A DNA stretch of 46,875 nucleotides from Armatimonadota bacterium (GTDB lineage: Bacteria; Sysuimicrobiota; Sysuimicrobiia; Sysuimicrobiales; Humicultoraceae). This document shows positions 43,102 to 46,875 of the stretch, piece after piece. Each line of letters opens with the position of its first letter. Within the stretch, counting starts at the first letter, position 1. The stretch spans positions 13,183 through 60,057 of the forward strand of contig JBBIOM010000009.1 of the NCBI GenBank assembly GCA_037443365.1. Reading direction: 5' to 3'. A program made the translations under genes and the position numbers. The notes beneath the pieces are model-generated. The model worked only from the letters and a program-made list of their open reading frames with translations, did not search any database and was not told where the DNA came from.

Positions 43102-43770
43102 ATGGCGATGTCCCGTCGGCGGCCTTCACGTGTGCCAGACCAGTCTCTGAGGGGTTTCCACGCGCTGCACTCCGGCGCCCAGGCGCACATGCTGTCCAAC
43201 GCGCTCAGTCAGGTCTGCGCCTTCCTGCGCCGGCGCCCTGAGGCGGCCGAGGATCTGCTGGCCTTCATCGCCGCGCACCTGCGGGATCTCGCTCTGCCGC
43301 GCCGCCCGTTGGTCTCGCTGTCCGACGAACTGCGCTCCACACTTGCCGTGATCGGGATTGAGCGGGCCCGGTTGGGTAGCCGGCTCCGCCTCGAGGTGGC
43401 GTGCACGCCCGAATCGCTGGCCGCGCAGGTGCCGTCCCTGGTGCTGCAGCCCCTGGTGGAGAACGCCGTCCGCCACGCCGTCGCCGGGCGCGCGAGTGGG
43501 GGCCGCATCCGCATCTCGGCGCGCGTGACCCGCGGGTTCCTGCACCTGGCCGTCTCAGACGACGGTCCGGGGGTAGCGCGCCCGCTCGTCTCCTGCGGGC
43601 GCGCCGGCTTCGGACTTACAGGCGCCCGTATGCGGTTGATCGCCTTGTGCGGGCCATTGGCCCGCTTCCGGCTCCTCGGGCGACCAGGGGCAGGCGCGCT
43701 TGCCGCGATAAGCATGCCCGCGTTCTTCGGCGCAGGGCAGCCCGCAGGAGACCCGGCGCGCCTGCCGTGA
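43102..43770 (+). CDS. LytS-type histidine kinase core without sensor or TM domain
   Basis: H-box-like AQAHMLSNAL, SLSDEL, ERARLG.RL, LQPLVENAVRH, DDGPG, GFGL. Confidence 0.8.
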   Translation: MAMSRRRPSRVPDQSLRGFHALHSGAQAHMLSNALSQVCAFLRRRPEAAEDLLAFIAAHLRDLALPRRPLVSLSDELRSTLAVIGIERARLGSRLRLEVACTPESLAAQVPSLVLQPLVENAVRHAVAGRASGGRIRISARVTRGFLHLAVSDDGPGVARPLVSCGRAGFGLTGARMRLIALCGPLARFRLLGRPGAGALAAISMPAFFGAGQPAGDPARLP

Positions 43771-44612
43771 GCGCCCCGGGCCGCCTGCGCGCGATCATCG
43801 CCGATGACGAATCCGGCGCGAGGACCCACCTGCGCGCGCTGCTGCAGGGCGCGGGCGTGCAGATCGTGGGCGAGTGCGATTCGGGCGGAGCCGCGCTCGA
43901 GGCGGTCAGGGCGATGAACCCGGATCTCCTCTGCCTGGATGTGCGCATGCCCGGGCCGGATGGGATCGAGGTCGCCGGGCTGCTGCGGGCCGGGGCGGGG
44001 CCCGAGGTGGTCTTTGTGACCGGGTACGCCGATTACGCCGCCGCGGCGTTTGATCTGGGCGCTGCCGACTACCTGCTCAAGCCGCTGTCCGCGGCGCGCG
44101 TGGGCGAGGCGGTGCGCCGCGTGCGCGCGCGGATCGCGCACCACGCCCGGACCGGATCGCCACTCTCGGTGCCGCGCATCTTCGTGCCTGCGGACGAGCA
44201 CCACGTGGCCGTGGCGCCTGAAGGCATCCTGTACGTGGAGGCGCAGGGCGGCGTCTGCCTGATCCACACCGATGCCGGCTCGCAGGAGGTGCGCATCCCG
44301 CTGTCCCGGCTCGCGAGGTTGCTTGCGCCGTGCGGCTTCATCCTTACGCACCGGGCATACCTCGTGAACCTGCACCGCGTGCGCGCGCTGGTGCCGTGGT
44401 CGCGCCATGTGCACACCGCCCTGCTCGACGGCGGGAAGGAGACCCACGTCCCTGTCGCCAAGTCACGACTTGCCGCGTTTCGATCCAGCGTCATCTGGAT
44501 GGCGCGGGCAGGAGGAGGCGGGGATGGACCTGGGGCTTCAAGGAAAGGTGGCGGTCATCTCCGGCGCAAGCCGGGGGCTGGGCCGGGCGATCGCCGAGGG
44601 CCTGGCCGCTGA
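43767..44612 (+). CDS. LytTR-family response regulator
   Basis: IIADDE, LDVRMP, FVTGY, YLLKP; LytTR FILTHRAYLVN, VPVAK. Confidence 0.9.
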   Translation: MSAPGRLRAIIADDESGARTHLRALLQGAGVQIVGECDSGGAALEAVRAMNPDLLCLDVRMPGPDGIEVAGLLRAGAGPEVVFVTGYADYAAAAFDLGAADYLLKPLSAARVGEAVRRVRARIAHHARTGSPLSVPRIFVPADEHHVAVAPEGILYVEAQGGVCLIHTDAGSQEVRIPLSRLARLLAPCGFILTHRAYLVNLHRVRALVPWSRHVHTALLDGGKETHVPVAKSRLAAFRSSVIWMARAGGGGDGPGASRKGGGHLRRKPGAGPGDRRGPGR

Positions 44613-45333
44613 GGGCGCGTCGGTTGCGATCTGCGCGCGCTCCCAGGACGCGATAGCGGCCGCGGCCGAGGCCATCAACTCCAACAGCGCTGTGACCGCG
44701 TGCGGCGGGTGCGCGGTGCCGGTGGTCGCCGACATGAGCGTCGAGACGGACGTGGAGCGCTTCGTCGCCGCGGCCATTGATCGCTGGGGACGGGTGGACA
44801 TCCTGGTGACGAACGCGGGCGGCCCGCCGTCAGGACCGCTTGCATCGCTGACGGATGCCCAGTGGGAGTCGGCGGTGCAGACACTCCTGATGTCGGCCGT
44901 CCGGCTCTCCCGCGCCGTGATCCCCGGTATGCAGGCGCGCCGCTGGGGACGCATACTGCACGTCGCCTCGTTTGCGGTCAAGCAGCCCGTCCCAGGCCTG
45001 GGGCTCTCGAACGCGGTGCGCCTGGCGGTCGTGGGCCTGGCCAAGACCCAGGCGATCGAACTGGCCCCGCACAACATCCTGGTGAACACCATCTGCCCGG
45101 GGCCGATCGCGACCGAACGCCTGGAGACGTTGACGCGGCAGTACGCGGAGCGCGAGGGCATTGACTTCGACGCCGCGCAGCAGCGCCTCTGGATCTCCCA
45201 GATACCACTTTGCCGCCTGGGCGAACCCCGCGAGTTCGCGAGCCTGGCGGTCTTCCTGGCCAGTGAGCGCGCAAGCTTCATCACCGGCGGCACGTTCCAG
45301 GTGGACGGCGGCGCGGTGCGGGGGCCGTTCTGA
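44524..45333 (+). CDS. SDR family oxidoreductase
   Basis: MDLGLQGK, GASRGLG, NAGGP, SNAVR (Tyr-less subtype), VDGG; ATG after AGGAGG. Confidence 0.92.
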   Translation: MDLGLQGKVAVISGASRGLGRAIAEGLAAEGASVAICARSQDAIAAAAEAINSNSAVTACGGCAVPVVADMSVETDVERFVAAAIDRWGRVDILVTNAGGPPSGPLASLTDAQWESAVQTLLMSAVRLSRAVIPGMQARRWGRILHVASFAVKQPVPGLGLSNAVRLAVVGLAKTQAIELAPHNILVNTICPGPIATERLETLTRQYAEREGIDFDAAQQRLWISQIPLCRLGEPREFASLAVFLASERASFITGGTFQVDGGAVRGPF

Positions 45334-45370
45334 GTTCAGGCCGCCAGCGCGGCCGGGGGAGGACTTGACC

Positions 45371-46753
45371 ATGCCAGCGCCCGACATCATGGGGTACATC
45401 GACGCACACCAGCACGAGCACATCGAACACGCACGCGCATTCATCCGGCAGCCCAGCATCAGCGCCGACGGCACCGGCATCGCCGCGATGGCCGATCTCG
45501 TCGCGCAGACCATCCGGGAGGTGGGCGGAACCTCCGAGATTGTGCCCACCGCGGGGCATCCCGTGGTGGCCGGGCGCCTGGAGGTCGGCGCGGCGCGCAC
45601 GCTTCTCTTCTACGGCATGTACGATGTGCAGCCGGTTGAGGGCGAGGCGTGGACCGTGCCGCCCTTTGCGGGAGAGGTGGTGGACCTTCCCAGGTTCGGC
45701 CCTTCGATGGTGGCGCGCGGCGTGTTCAACTCCAAGGGCCCTATGGCCGGCTTCTTCAACGTGCTGCGCTCCTACCGCGCGTTGGGGGTGAGCCCGCCGG
45801 TCAACGTCGCCTTCATGGTCGAGGGAGAGGAAGAGCTGGGCAGCCGCAACCTCGGCGCGTTCGTCGAGGCGCACCGCGAGCGGCTTGGCGCCGACGCCGC
45901 CTACTTCGCGTTCTACGGGCAGGACGCCAGGGGGATACCCGCGATCTACCTGGGCGTCAAGGGCATCGCGTTCATGGAGCTCGTCTGCCGCGGGGGCTCC
46001 TGGGGCGGCCCGCAGTCGCGCATGATCCACGGGAGCAACGCGGTGTGGATCGGCAGCCCCACGTGGCGGCTGCTCGGGGCGCTGACCTCCATGATGGGGC
46101 GCGACGAGCAGATCCTGATAGAGGGCTTCTACGACGAGGTTGTTCCCCCCGATTCGGACGAGGAGCGCCTGCTGGAGCGCCTGCGCGAGATATTCGACGA
46201 GGGGGAGATCCTGGCGCAGAACGACGTGAGCAGGTTCAAGCTCGAGGGGGGAGGCGAGACGCTGCTGCGCAACTACCTGACGTTGCCCACCCTGAACATT
46301 GACGGGATTGTATCCGGATGGGTCGGCCCCGGTTCCAAGACGGTGCTGCCGCACGAAGCCAGGGCACGCGTGGATATCCGGCTGGTCCCGCGCATGGAGA
46401 TCAAGCGCACGCTGGCGCGACTGCGCGACCACCTGGATTCGCTGGGATACGATGACATCGAGATAGACCTCTGGCAGGCCTACCCGTGGGCACAGACCCG
46501 CTGGCGCAGCCCGATAGTCCAGGCGATGGAAGGGGCGATTCGCGATCAGGGGATCGAGCCCTACACATGGCCGCGCATAGCCGGCAGCGCCCCGATGTAC
46601 CTGTTCTCCGACGTGCTCGGGATGCCGTTCGTGATGGGCGGGCTGGGGCACGGCGGCCGCGCGCACAGCCCCAACGAGTACGCCACGATAGAAGGCATGC
46701 GCCTGTTCGAACGATCGGTGGCCGGGCTATTGGAGCGGTTCGCAGAGGCGTAG
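45371..46753 (+). CDS. M20/M25/M40 metallopeptidase
   Basis: YGMYDVQP, ARGVFNSKG, EGEEE, AHSPNE. Confidence 0.9.
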   Translation: MPAPDIMGYIDAHQHEHIEHARAFIRQPSISADGTGIAAMADLVAQTIREVGGTSEIVPTAGHPVVAGRLEVGAARTLLFYGMYDVQPVEGEAWTVPPFAGEVVDLPRFGPSMVARGVFNSKGPMAGFFNVLRSYRALGVSPPVNVAFMVEGEEELGSRNLGAFVEAHRERLGADAAYFAFYGQDARGIPAIYLGVKGIAFMELVCRGGSWGGPQSRMIHGSNAVWIGSPTWRLLGALTSMMGRDEQILIEGFYDEVVPPDSDEERLLERLREIFDEGEILAQNDVSRFKLEGGGETLLRNYLTLPTLNIDGIVSGWVGPGSKTVLPHEARARVDIRLVPRMEIKRTLARLRDHLDSLGYDDIEIDLWQAYPWAQTRWRSPIVQAMEGAIRDQGIEPYTWPRIAGSAPMYLFSDVLGMPFVMGGLGHGGRAHSPNEYATIEGMRLFERSVAGLLERFAEA

Positions 46754-46761
46754 CCGGCCCG

Positions 46762-46770
46762 TGCTATACT
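46762..46770 (+). promoter_or_regulatory. Extended -10 promoter of tRNA gene
   Basis: TGcTATACT 15 nt upstream of the tRNA. Confidence 0.6.
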
Positions 46771-46785
46771 GCTAGAGGTCGCCTC

Positions 46786-46863
46786 GCCCCCATCGTCTAG
46801 CCGGGCCCAGGACGTCGGCCTTTCAAGCCGGTAACGCGGGTTCGAATCCCGCTGGGGGCACCA
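46786..46863 (+). tRNA. tRNA-Glu (TTC)
   Basis: Acceptor GCCCCCA/TGGGGGC, anticodon arm TCGGC-CTTTCAA-GCCGG, T-loop GGTTCGAATCC, encoded CCA. Confidence 0.96.
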
Positions 46864-46875
46864 AAGCCAGTCAGG

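Noticed and set aside
46786-46875. tRNA as integration site of a mobile element
   Set aside because: No integrase or duplicated tRNA 3' end in the window; sequence ends 12 bp later.

Overview
High-GC bacterial chromosomal segment spanning the replication-origin region. There are no IS elements, prophage or CRISPR arrays. Left end (minus strand): dnaA, preceded by an uncharacterised GHKL-ATPase/winged-helix gene and then a cluster of six DnaA boxes. Almost everything to the right runs on the plus strand, away from that cluster: rpmH-rnpA-yidD-yidC-jag-rsmG-parA-parB (variant parS inside parB), small conserved genes, gcvT-H-PA-PB plus a Ser/Thr dehydratase, lexA with two coupled unknown ORFs, mgtA, a TPR protein, convergent trxA/trxB, an hspR-hsp20-dnaK-grpE-dnaJ-clpB operon, a multi-GAF diguanylate cyclase, ychF, rpsF-ssb-rpsR-DUF2232-rplI, dnaB with two inteins, a shortened FliA-like sigma factor followed by a sensorless LytS-type kinase and a LytTR regulator, an SDR, an M20 peptidase and tRNA-Glu(TTC). 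Best leads: (1) the GHKL-wHTH gene between the DnaA boxes and dnaA, a candidate replication-initiation regulator; (2) an SOS box in the dnaB promoter placed exactly as in the lexA promoter; (3) a 42-aa membrane peptide and a catalytically degenerate RNase H fold coupled to lexA; (4) a HAIR-like operator with altered half-sites; (5) the sigma/kinase/LytTR module. All product calls come from motifs read by eye and from gene context; no database searches were run.
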